Positions 29,935 through 37,661 of a stretch of 45,346 bases of DNA are shown here, piece after piece. This DNA comes from Candidatus Falkowbacteria bacterium RIFCSPLOWO2_12_FULL_45_13. Its GTDB lineage: Bacteria; Patescibacteriota; Patescibacteriia; Patescibacteriales; GWC2-42-12. The stretch lies in contig MFFY01000004.1 in the NCBI GenBank assembly GCA_001778055.1, forward strand, positions 1-45,346. The letters run 5' to 3'. Made by a program: the position numbers and the translations under genes. How positions within the stretch are numbered: position 1 is the first letter of the stretch; every line of letters starts with the position of its first letter. Under the pieces are notes generated by a model. That model saw only the letters and a program-made list of their open reading frames with translations, was not told where the DNA came from and made no database searches.

Positions 29935-30747
29935 ATGAAGAAAAGATTGGATCAACTTTTAGTAGAGAAAGAACTTTTCGCATCGCGCTCAAAAGCCCAG
30001 GCCGCGATTATGGCTGGTCAGGTCTATGTTAATGGCCAGAAAAGTGATAAGGCCGGAAAACTTTTCTCTGCTGACGCGCGAATTGAGATCAAAGGAAACC
30101 TTTGTCCTTACGTTAGTCGTGGGGGGGTGAAGCTTGAGAGGGCGCTTGATGAGTTTAGGGTTGAAGTAAAAGACAAAATCTGCCTGGACATAGGTGCTTC
30201 GACCGGCGGATTTACCGATTGTCTGCTTCAGCGCGGCGCCGCTAAAGTTTATGCTATTGATGTTGGTTATGGACAGCTTGCCTGGAAGCTTCGTCAGGAG
30301 GAGCGGGTTGTGGTTGTTGAGAAAACTAATGTTCGACACCTAGTTCCAGAAAATTTTTATTCTCGTTACTCGTTACCTGCCTGCCGCCTGCCTGCCGGTA
30401 GGCAGGGGAAGGCGCGACCAATTACTCATTACCCAGCGCTTGCTGTTGTTGACGTTTCCTTTATTTCTCTGGCAAAGGTTTTGCCGGCGGTTTACAGCTT
30501 ATTGGCTGACAAAGCAGAAATCATTGCTCTAATTAAACCTCAGTTTGAGGCGAAGCGAGAACAAGTTGGCAAGGGTGGGATAGTTCGGAGCGAGGAGATT
30601 CGAAGTGAAGTAGTTGAGAAAGTAAAAACTGAGGCCAAGGCTGTAGGTTTCAAGGTTAAAGGTCTTATCCAATCGCCAATCACCGGCGCTGATGGAAACG
30701 TTGAATTTTTGCTTCTTTTGACAAAAGGGGATATAATTTCCCTGTAA
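29935..30747 (+). CDS. tlyA: TlyA-family rRNA (cytidine-2'-O)-methyltransferase, S4 plus FtsJ-like domains
   Basis: RLDQLLVE..L..SR..A...I..G.V.VNG, YVSRGG.KLE.AL, LDIGASTGGFTDCLLQRGA..VYAIDVG, DVSFISL, IALIKPQFE. Contains an extra ~20-aa segment; see the repeat feature. Confidence 0.88.
   Translation: MKKRLDQLLVEKELFASRSKAQAAIMAGQVYVNGQKSDKAGKLFSADARIEIKGNLCPYVSRGGVKLERALDEFRVEVKDKICLDIGASTGGFTDCLLQRGAAKVYAIDVGYGQLAWKLRQEERVVVVEKTNVRHLVPENFYSRYSLPACRLPAGRQGKARPITHYPALAVVDVSFISLAKVLPAVYSLLADKAEIIALIKPQFEAKREQVGKGGIVRSEEIRSEVVEKVKTEAKAVGFKVKGLIQSPITGADGNVEFLLLLTKGDIISL
30364..30434 (+). repeat. GC-rich mini-insertion inside tlyA, flanked by imperfect 14-nt direct repeats
   Basis: Flanks are cgttactcgttacc (30364-30377) and aattactcattacc (30420-30433), matching at 11 of 14 positions. 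They bracket a GC-rich core. The core holds a tandem cctgcctgccg x2 (30376-30397) and the hairpin cctgcc-ggta-ggcagg (30391-30406). Confidence 0.5.
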
Positions 30748-31277
30748 TGCAACAGATCCTAATCTCTTTATTGGTCGGTATTCTTCTGGGCTTGTTTATT
30801 TTCTTTTTTATCAGTCAAGCGCGTCAGCGACAACAGCTGGCCAAAGCAGAGCCCACTCGTTTTTCAGAAAAGGAAGCGGAGGGCTTGCTTGGTCAAGCGG
30901 GTTATCGGATTTTAGATAAGCAATTTAAAGAAACAATTATTACCAATATAGACGGTAAAGACCATGTTGGTTATCTGCTGGCGGATTATACGGTTCAAAG
31001 GGATAAAGATAAATTCGTGGTAGTAATCAAAACGGGGGAAGGGGAGGGGGATCCCAATGAGCCGGTTTTTCGGAGAAAACTTATGGAATACCGGCTGGCT
31101 TTTAAAGACTACGGGATTTTGGTTTTGGATGTTGGCCGCGGCGAGCTGCACGAAGTTCATTTTCGCTTTCCTCATGAACGAAATATCGACTTTTTCTTTA
31201 GATTCTTAACCGCCCTGTTTATTGTTTTTGGCGTCATTGGTATAATCTGGCTGCTGATCAGCTTAAAGCTTTTCTAA
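30747..31277 (+). CDS. Hypothetical membrane protein (TM at both termini, ~110-aa soluble core)
   Basis: The ATG overlaps the tlyA stop. Hydrophobic N-terminus ILISLLVGILLGLFIFFFI and C-terminus LTALFIVFGVIGIIWLLISL. No family recognised. Confidence 0.6.
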   Translation: MQQILISLLVGILLGLFIFFFISQARQRQQLAKAEPTRFSEKEAEGLLGQAGYRILDKQFKETIITNIDGKDHVGYLLADYTVQRDKDKFVVVIKTGEGEGDPNEPVFRRKLMEYRLAFKDYGILVLDVGRGELHEVHFRFPHERNIDFFFRFLTALFIVFGVIGIIWLLISLKLF

Positions 31278-31287
31278 GGAGGAGCCC

Positions 31288-32049
31288 ATGACAACCATAG
31301 GAGTCATTTATAAAAAAGAAGATAAATTAATAGCCGGCACGGCCAGGCAGGTGATTAAAGAACTTGAAGGAAAAGGTTATACGCTCGACCTTAACAAGGC
31401 AAAATTTGTTATTACTTTGGGTGGGGACGGCACGATCTTGCGGGCCGCCAGGCTTTTGGCTGAAAATAAAATACCAATATTAAGCATACACATGGGCGGG
31501 CTTGGTTTTATGGCGGAGATCGAACTGCATAAGCTGGATGAAGCTTTGGCGCTAGTTAAAAAAGGAAAATTTACCATTGATGAAAGGATGATGATGGAGG
31601 CCCAGGTTGGAGGCAGAAAAATGACCGCCCTCAATGACATTGTTATTTGCAAAAGCGGTATTGCCCGGGTTATTAAGCTTGAGCTGAAAGGGGTTGCCGA
31701 ATACACGGCTGACGGCATGATTTTTTCTACGGCAACCGGCTCAACCGCTTATAATTTATCAGCCGGCGGCCCCATTCTTACTCCGGAATCAAAAAGCATC
31801 GTTGTTTCAGCCATTTGTCCGCACAGCATAAGCAACCGTTCTATTGTGATGGATGGGCCGATTGATGTTGTCTTAAACAGAGGGAAAGAAACACTCTTAA
31901 CGGCTGACGGGCAGCACATGGTTCCGCTGCGTGAAGGGCAAAAAATCCGCATCCAGACATCAGAATTAAAGGCCAGATTTATACGATTGCGAGGTGCCAG
32001 GTTTTTTGAACGGATAAAAGAGGCTTTTGGTTTTGGGCCGAATGTTTAG
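31288..32049 (+). CDS. nadK: NAD+ kinase
   Basis: GGDGTILRAAR, GGLGFM, ND.VI, ADG.I.STATGSTAYNLSAGGPI. Confidence 0.92.
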   Translation: MTTIGVIYKKEDKLIAGTARQVIKELEGKGYTLDLNKAKFVITLGGDGTILRAARLLAENKIPILSIHMGGLGFMAEIELHKLDEALALVKKGKFTIDERMMMEAQVGGRKMTALNDIVICKSGIARVIKLELKGVAEYTADGMIFSTATGSTAYNLSAGGPILTPESKSIVVSAICPHSISNRSIVMDGPIDVVLNRGKETLLTADGQHMVPLREGQKIRIQTSELKARFIRLRGARFFERIKEAFGFGPNV

Positions 32050-32264
32050 TTTCCGTACACGCCGCTGTTCATGTCAGCGATCTTAGTTAGATCATCCACC
32101 AGCAGGAAGTAAACCGGGTTAGACAGGTTTGGTGTGGCGGTGATGGGGAAGCGGGTAAAGAGCGTTATCTTGTGCATTTCGGTGTGAGACAACTTCTCCA
32201 GGTAATTTATAAAAGCCTGTTTTTCAATTGTTTCTATTATTTTTGCATTATCCATTGTTCTCAT
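32046..32264 (-). CDS. Small hypothetical protein (72 aa, or 69 aa from the second ATG)
   Basis: ATG start 10 nt after the stop of the upstream 64-aa ORF. Partial SD AGGCGAG. Non-repetitive, acidic. No family recognised. Confidence 0.4.
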   Translation of the reverse strand: MRTMDNAKIIETIEKQAFINYLEKLSHTEMHKITLFTRFPITATPNLSNPVYFLLVDDLTKIADMNSGVYGN

Positions 32265-32274
32265 TATACTCGCC

Positions 32275-32469
32275 TTAAATAATCGCCTTTTTGCCGGCTT
32301 CGCGCTTTAAAAATATATCTGAAAAGACTTTAACGAATTGACTGGGGGAAGCGACCCTTTCCCTCTCAATATGCATGGCATCTTGAACATAATTAGCCCG
32401 TTTAGCCTTCCCTTGTTGGCTAATTGAGACTACATCGTAATTGCTTTTATCTACATATCCTTGTTCCAT
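32275..32469 (-). CDS. Small hypothetical protein (64 aa)
   Basis: ATG (complement of 32467-32469) preceded by GAGGGG at about 9 nt. No family recognised. Confidence 0.5.
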   Translation of the reverse strand: MEQGYVDKSNYDVVSISQQGKAKRANYVQDAMHIERERVASPSQFVKVFSDIFLKREAGKKAII

Positions 32470-32523
32470 TGTCTTTACCCCTCATATATATATCGACACA
32501 TTCCAAAGAAAATTTCACACATT

Positions 32524-32546
32524 TTATAACTGAGAAATTGAAAGTT
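32524..32546. repeat. IS terminal inverted repeat (transposase-distal end)
   Basis: Exact reverse complement of 34758-34780. Confidence 0.9.
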
Positions 32547-32758
32547 GGCCAAATTTCACGTTTTATGTCGACAAAATGGCCTAGAAACGATGATTTTGTG
32601 ACTTGTTATTTTTTGTGTTTTTGGTGATTTTTGGGTGTTTTGAGGTTGGAAGCGATTTTTACGATGGTGTGCCAACTAAAAAGATCCAGGCGAAAAATAT
32701 TGCCCTTTACATTATAGTAATGCGAATGCTGGTCAGCTGATCTTTGTTTTGAGTTTGG

Positions 32759-34267
32759 CTAACAAGTAAGTTTTTGTTGGACAACCTCGAACTGTTCTTT
32801 AGGTAAGAGCCTTTCGAGATTTTTAAGATAGCTGGCTTTTAATCTTTCTTCGGTAATTCTCCTGGTCCTGGTTTCAATTAGAATTTTGTATTGCCGACTG
32901 CTAAAGGTAGCGAAATAACCATTGGCATAAACAATAATGCCCTGGCCGCCGATGAAACTGCGCTCACCCCAAGCTTTTATCTCTTCCTTATTCTTCTGCC
33001 ATTCTTGGCCGTGTTTCATTTCCATGATTTTCATCGCGTTGTAAAGCTTTAATATCAAGCAAATCCTGGCGGTTACGGCATTAAGAGTTCGTCCAGCAGG
33101 AATTCGGATTAACCAGCGCTGCGATAAATCCCTAATCCCTTGATTTTCCACGCTCCAGCGGCTGGCGTAGAGTTTGACGATTTTAAGCGGGTCGCCCGTA
33201 ATTCTTTTGTTAGTAACATAGAAAATCTCTTTTTGCTTCTTCCCTTTGCCTTCCTTAATGGTTTTTAGCAATACAACTACATTAACCATCCCTTGGTAGG
33301 GCTGGGCTTTGCTGACATAGCCATGATAAAGATCATTAACATAACCAACTTTGACGTCTTCATGTTCTTTTTTGCTGGGATTATATAATCTTCTCTCCTG
33401 GAACTTGATTTGCTTGCTGTCAATCATATGCCGCAAGTCTTCTTTAACAAACATAAAACTTTTCTTGGCAATCAAAACGTAATCTATCCCGTATTTTTTA
33501 ACAATTGTCTCTTGCATAAAATCATAACCCCAATAACCGCGATCCAAAACAATCACATCCATGATGTTTTTAATTTTGTCCACATGTTTTCCCAGATCCT
33601 CAAAAATTTCAGCCAGTAACTTCCGCTCATCAGAATTGATTGGGCCAATGGCCACTCCCATGATCCGCTCCCGTTCCTTTTCCACATTCATTAAAATAAC
33701 GACTTTGTAACCGTATTTCCATTTGCCGGCTTTATCGTCATACACTTTCCCCACGCCCTCATAGGTTTTGCCACAAACTTCCAGCTCAAAACCATCGGCC
33801 ACATAGACCTTTCCGCGATTCCAGCGTTTGCGCCGGAGTAAATTGACATACTCATAAAACTCTTTGATGCTTTCTTCTTGTGGAATAGCCTTAAAGTAAT
33901 TACGGACAGTGTCGCGATGGAGTACTCCCTTGCCCCTGCCCCTGGCCGTTGCCACTTCTTCAAGGGTAAAGCCCAGTTCCACCATTAACTTGGTGTCTTT
34001 AATCACCTTTTCCGCTTTTGCTAAATGCCCTACATGCAGCAATTCCAGAAGAATGGCAATCCCCGCGATCTTTTTCCAGTCTTTGCCGTTTTCTTTGCCG
34101 CGGTCGGGTTTGACCAGGAGCGGACCCCATAGCCCGCTCTGTTTAAGAAAATCAACTGCAAATTCATTAGCACCATATTTGGTGAGGTCTTCCTCCTGTT
34201 CTTCTCCTGCTAAAATTGCCGCTTCCACTTTCTCTGGATTGTGTGTCCAAACTTTAATTGCTGACAT
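32759..34267 (-). CDS. DDE transposase (IS4 superfamily)
   Basis: 502 aa. Acidic-residue contexts VYVADGFEL and IVLDRGYWGY. C-terminal YASRWSVENQGIRDL (Y-x2-R-x3-E signature of IS4-type enzymes). The ATG immediately follows the orfA stop (TAAATG). Confidence 0.85.
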   Translation of the reverse strand: MSAIKVWTHNPEKVEAAILAGEEQEEDLTKYGANEFAVDFLKQSGLWGPLLVKPDRGKENGKDWKKIAGIAILLELLHVGHLAKAEKVIKDTKLMVELGFTLEEVATARGRGKGVLHRDTVRNYFKAIPQEESIKEFYEYVNLLRRKRWNRGKVYVADGFELEVCGKTYEGVGKVYDDKAGKWKYGYKVVILMNVEKERERIMGVAIGPINSDERKLLAEIFEDLGKHVDKIKNIMDVIVLDRGYWGYDFMQETIVKKYGIDYVLIAKKSFMFVKEDLRHMIDSKQIKFQERRLYNPSKKEHEDVKVGYVNDLYHGYVSKAQPYQGMVNVVVLLKTIKEGKGKKQKEIFYVTNKRITGDPLKIVKLYASRWSVENQGIRDLSQRWLIRIPAGRTLNAVTARICLILKLYNAMKIMEMKHGQEWQKNKEEIKAWGERSFIGGQGIIVYANGYFATFSSRQYKILIETRTRRITEERLKASYLKNLERLLPKEQFEVVQQKLTC

Positions 34268-34642
34268 TTACTTCACCTTCTTTCTCAATTTACTGCGATT
34301 CAATTTCTCCAAAAGCTTGTCAATCTCTTTGTTGATCTGCCGAAGTCTGGCCAGATCCTTAATATACTCAGAATACCGACGAGCCTGCTCGATCAATTCC
34401 TGGTTGCGCCCAAGGTAAATATTGGTGTAGGCGCCCTTTATCTTTATTTGGGCATAATAATATGGGCCATGCCCCTTGCTGCCTTTTTTCTTGCAGCGGC
34501 AGTTGGGCTTCCCGCAAGGAGCATATCGTTCCACCAGCGGGCCGGACAGCATCTCCCCGGGCTTTGCCATAAGCTTGTCTTCCAGGCGGTGTCTCTCCCC
34601 GCGCAAGGCAACGATCTTTACTCTTAGGGCAGTTAAATCCAT
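34268..34642 (-). CDS. IS orfA: small zinc-ribbon/coiled-coil protein (DUF6788-like)
   Basis: CGKPNCRCKKKGSKGHGPYYY motif followed by a basic coiled-coil tail. Lies inside the IS inverted repeats. Confidence 0.7.
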   Translation of the reverse strand: MDLTALRVKIVALRGERHRLEDKLMAKPGEMLSGPLVERYAPCGKPNCRCKKKGSKGHGPYYYAQIKIKGAYTNIYLGRNQELIEQARRYSEYIKDLARLRQINKEIDKLLEKLNRSKLRKKVK

Positions 34643-34757
34643 GTTAATAGTCCTATTATATTATTTATTATTATATTAGGATTATAGCTGAACGGAATAA
34701 CCAGGTCAAGTATTTTTTGCAGGGCTTAATTTTTGGCGCGGGTTAGCTAAATTATCT

Positions 34758-34780
34758 AACTTTCAATTTCTCAGTTATAA
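34758..34780. repeat. IS terminal inverted repeat (orfA-proximal end)
   Basis: Exact reverse complement of 32524-32546. Confidence 0.9.
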
Positions 34781-34804
34781 TTTGACTTAGAACAACTCTC
34801 ATGA

Positions 34805-35749
34805 CTACCCCCCCCACCAGCCTTCAGGTGGCTCAGGATTTACTTCTAACTGCATCCCATCTGGCCATTGCAAGCAGTTCGGGAAACGCGCCTCTCTCCA
34901 GGTAGGCGTAATTATGCCAGGAGAAAAGAAAAATTTACCATCTGTAATAAATTGAAAAACTTTAAAATCGGGAGCAACATGCAGGGCAAGAGTCATCAGA
35001 AAGCTTGTAACTGCTATCTCAGGAATGCCTCCGGTGGCGCCGCTTTCTGCATAGACCCCCCACACCTCAGTATCTTTTTCTCGCGCGGCCCTGAAAAGAA
35101 AGGCGTAGAGGTTAACAGTAGAAAGCATTTTCGCCGTAGACGACCAAATGTCTGTCATTTTTACCAGATTAACCTCCCCTGTCTGGGGATCCACCAGTTC
35201 ACTAAAAGTTTCCGCCGTTAAAACAATCGTGCTTTTATAACCTGACTCTGCTTCTCTCTCAATACTCGTTTTGTTCGCATTAGAATTACCATCAAATCTT
35301 AATTTATGAAGAACAAAACCCCAAACTCCGGGCTGTGGTTCCTCTGACCCAAATATTTCTCCCGTAAACTTTTGCTCTCTTTCAGGTAAAAGTTTTTCCC
35401 GAGTAAGCCCGAGCTTCCGGGCTAAATCTATGTGCTGGAAGTCTCCCCCGTCTCCATGAGGGGTGGGTATTCCAAAAACAACAAGAGGAAAACCGCGCTG
35501 ACAAGAGGAATAGAACCGCTCTTCTAAAGGCTGTTCCTTTTTCTGCTGATCGGTCGGCACCCTGGTAACCGGCAGAACGAAAAGCCCCTTAATTAATCCC
35601 CCCCCCAGGTCAGTAATACTCAAACCGGACACTTTTTCCGACAGCCGCGTTGTCATTTCATCTGGTTTACCAGCGATCGCTCGTTGGATCTTGAGATGTC
35701 TGCAAATGGGACGATCTGTTCTAAATCTACATGCTCCGGTAGAACTCAT
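34805..35749 (-). CDS. Hypothetical protein, 314 aa, no recognisable family, no signal peptide
   Basis: Start moved to the ATG complementary to 35747-35749, which has GGAAGGAG 10 nt upstream. The ORF-track TTG at 35776 lacks an SD. The stop lies 24 nt from the IS end. Co-oriented with and 60 nt downstream of the hydrolase gene. Confidence 0.6.
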   Translation of the reverse strand: MSSTGACRFRTDRPICRHLKIQRAIAGKPDEMTTRLSEKVSGLSITDLGGGLIKGLFVLPVTRVPTDQQKKEQPLEERFYSSCQRGFPLVVFGIPTPHGDGGDFQHIDLARKLGLTREKLLPEREQKFTGEIFGSEEPQPGVWGFVLHKLRFDGNSNANKTSIEREAESGYKSTIVLTAETFSELVDPQTGEVNLVKMTDIWSSTAKMLSTVNLYAFLFRAAREKDTEVWGVYAESGATGGIPEIAVTSFLMTLALHVAPDFKVFQFITDGKFFFSPGIITPTWREARFPNCLQWPDGMQLEVNPEPPEGWWGG

Positions 35750-35809
35750 AGTAAAATTGCTCCTTCCTGCTATCAATATCGTTGACTTTTTAGTAAAATT
35801 TCATTTTAT

Positions 35810-37585
35810 TTATGCTTGCCAAATCACGTCGATAAGTTGATGCAGAAGTGGCCGGACAATTGCTTCTGCGGTTTTGCCGTATAATAAATCTAGGTGGCTT
35901 AGCCCCGCGATGGCAAATCCATGCACTTGACTGGCTACCTTGCTCAGGCGCAAATAATGTAGATCCCTTTGACGAGAAAAATTGTGGATTCCTTTCTCCC
36001 TATGTTGATAGCCTGGGAATTGAGAAAAATCCAGGGCCTTCCCCTGGTAGTAGTCAGGTTGAATAAAGGCCAGATTAAGAGGCGGCGCGAGAGGGTCTAA
36101 CGAACCTGTTAAGTGAAAAATCGGGATATCAGGAGGGATTTCATCTAAATGTGCTGAATAATTAAACCGGCCATTGCCCATTCTTCTGATGCCTTTGCCT
36201 GAGTAAACGGCTTTTAATAGCTGTAGGCCCACCCCAAGCGGGAAACTGCCTGTGCCTTTATTTGTGAAACTGGCCAGAAACTGTTTAGGATCATCGAAAT
36301 TATCGGGATTTATTAGTTGTCGCGCAACTATAGTCAAAGAGGGGAGCACTTTTACCAGGCCTTTAGCGACATCGACTGGCACACTTTCAGCGCCAAATAT
36401 TGGCAAGAAAATATTCAACATAAGCAGCGCAGGAAAAATTGGGTGAGAATTTTTGTCAAAGATCTTTGGGGAGCCAATCGTGATCAAACCTTTCACGCAA
36501 TCTAACATTGCCAGGAAGGTGCGGGCTTCTGCAATTATAATTTTTATTTCTTGGTCAGGTTGTTTTCCGTTTGTGAGCGCGGCAGTGGTTTCGTTAAGAA
36601 AAGTTTCCACCTCTCTTCTGGTTTTACCTTTTGGCTCAAAGTCCGATCGCTTTCCGGATAATTTACAAATGTCCCTTACCAGAGAGTTGAGTTTATAAGC
36701 TTGCCGCACCAGCATAAATTCGGCAATCATTCCTCCCATGCTGTAACCCACAAGCACAACAGGTTTTTTAGTCTTTGGGCGATTGTATAAGAATTCCACT
36801 GCTGCCGGGAGGTCATTGCTTACTAGGGTGTCGAAAAAGCATTGCGCGTCAAATTCACCCTTGTTTTTACCAAGACCGCGTGGATCAAATAAGAAAGTCC
36901 AATTACCTTTGTCAGCAAGTTCCAGGGCCAGGGATGTCTCGGCGTCCAGATCAAACATGCCGCTATGACAGGCAATGCCAGGAATTAAGAGCAGAGAAGG
37001 ATTGTCGTCATTTGTTTTAACTCGGTCTTGATTGATTATGCGCGTCACTGTCAGTGGTTTGCCGTCGCGAGTATAAACAAAATAGCCTCTTTCCATATAA
37101 GTTCCCCTGTCTAACTCACGAAAGGCAGCGCCGAAAAAACCTTTTGATTGATCAGCAAAAACATATTCTCGTAATAAATAATGCTTTCTGGCAGCGGCCA
37201 AAAAATCACTTTTTTGTTCCAGGGGAATGGTTAATTTTTCCAAGAGATCTTCGGCGTGATGCGGGTTGATAAAAATAGCCTCACCATAATTGTTAAAGAG
37301 CCCGGTGTGGGCTCCCCGTCTAATAATTTGGCGCACCTGGTCCAAAGGCAGGGTTCGACCGGTTATTTCTTTTACGACATGTTGGAGAGTTGGGGCCATG
37401 CGATGGGAAGTTTCTGCCTCAATTGCTTCTGGTGTCCGGACAAATGATTCGGGACGGCGCGCCGCTAATTTTGTTACGGCGGAGCGTCGCAATGTGCTGG
37501 CAGCGGTGTAAGCCAAATTTCCGGAACGCGCTGTTCCTCGAAAAACAGCTTCCTTGATTCTAGCTTTGCTTGGAATAAGTCCCAT
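35810..37585 (-). CDS. Alpha/beta-hydrolase (serine esterase/lipase-like) with a ~190-aa unknown N-terminal region and a large cap insertion
   Basis: LLLIPGIACHSGMFD...FDPRGLGKN. Nucleophile elbow VLVGYSMGGMIA. Candidate acid LTGSLDPLAP. Candidate His GLSHLDLLYG. No signal peptide. Confidence 0.75.
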   Translation of the reverse strand: MGLIPSKARIKEAVFRGTARSGNLAYTAASTLRRSAVTKLAARRPESFVRTPEAIEAETSHRMAPTLQHVVKEITGRTLPLDQVRQIIRRGAHTGLFNNYGEAIFINPHHAEDLLEKLTIPLEQKSDFLAAARKHYLLREYVFADQSKGFFGAAFRELDRGTYMERGYFVYTRDGKPLTVTRIINQDRVKTNDDNPSLLLIPGIACHSGMFDLDAETSLALELADKGNWTFLFDPRGLGKNKGEFDAQCFFDTLVSNDLPAAVEFLYNRPKTKKPVVLVGYSMGGMIAEFMLVRQAYKLNSLVRDICKLSGKRSDFEPKGKTRREVETFLNETTAALTNGKQPDQEIKIIIAEARTFLAMLDCVKGLITIGSPKIFDKNSHPIFPALLMLNIFLPIFGAESVPVDVAKGLVKVLPSLTIVARQLINPDNFDDPKQFLASFTNKGTGSFPLGVGLQLLKAVYSGKGIRRMGNGRFNYSAHLDEIPPDIPIFHLTGSLDPLAPPLNLAFIQPDYYQGKALDFSQFPGYQHREKGIHNFSRQRDLHYLRLSKVASQVHGFAIAGLSHLDLLYGKTAEAIVRPLLHQLIDVIWQA

Positions 37586-37645
37586 TGGTTATCTATCCAA
37601 ACGAACCAATTAAAATTTCACCTAATTTTTTTGGGCGATATCTTG

Positions 37646-37654
37646 TGCTATAAT
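37646..37654 (+). promoter_or_regulatory. Extended -10 element abutting the kinase start codon
   Basis: TG-c-TATAAT (37646-37654). The A of ATG 37662 is 8 nt downstream. No SD. The -35 region is only T-rich. Confidence 0.35.
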
Positions 37655-37661
37655 CTAGGTC

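Larger units (their letters stand above)
32524..34780 (-). mobile_element. Intact insertion sequence (~2.26 kb) with two ORFs; DDE transposase of the IS4 superfamily (IS1634-like)
   Basis: Perfect 23-bp terminal inverted repeats ttataactgagaaattgaaagtt at 32524-32546 and, as the complement, at 34758-34780. Read alternatively, the IS has 22-bp IRs and is flanked by a 4-bp direct repeat ATTT (32521-32524 and 34780-34783). Confidence 0.85.

Noticed and set aside
30747-31277. Possible PD-(D/E)xK nuclease core in the 176-aa membrane protein (LADY...FVVVIK).
   Set aside because: The acidic residue of the (D/E)xK motif is missing (VIK). The resemblance is too weak to call by eye.
32424-32627. 67-aa plus-strand ORF spanning the IS left end.
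   Set aside because: It crosses the IS inverted repeat and is antisense to the 64-aa gene start. It has a hydrophobic, low-information sequence and is most likely spurious.
37584-37611. Inverted repeat attggtt-N14-aaccaat over the hydrolase start codon.
   Set aside because: It is a short AT-rich 7-mer pair in an AT-rich divergent promoter region and cannot be distinguished from chance.
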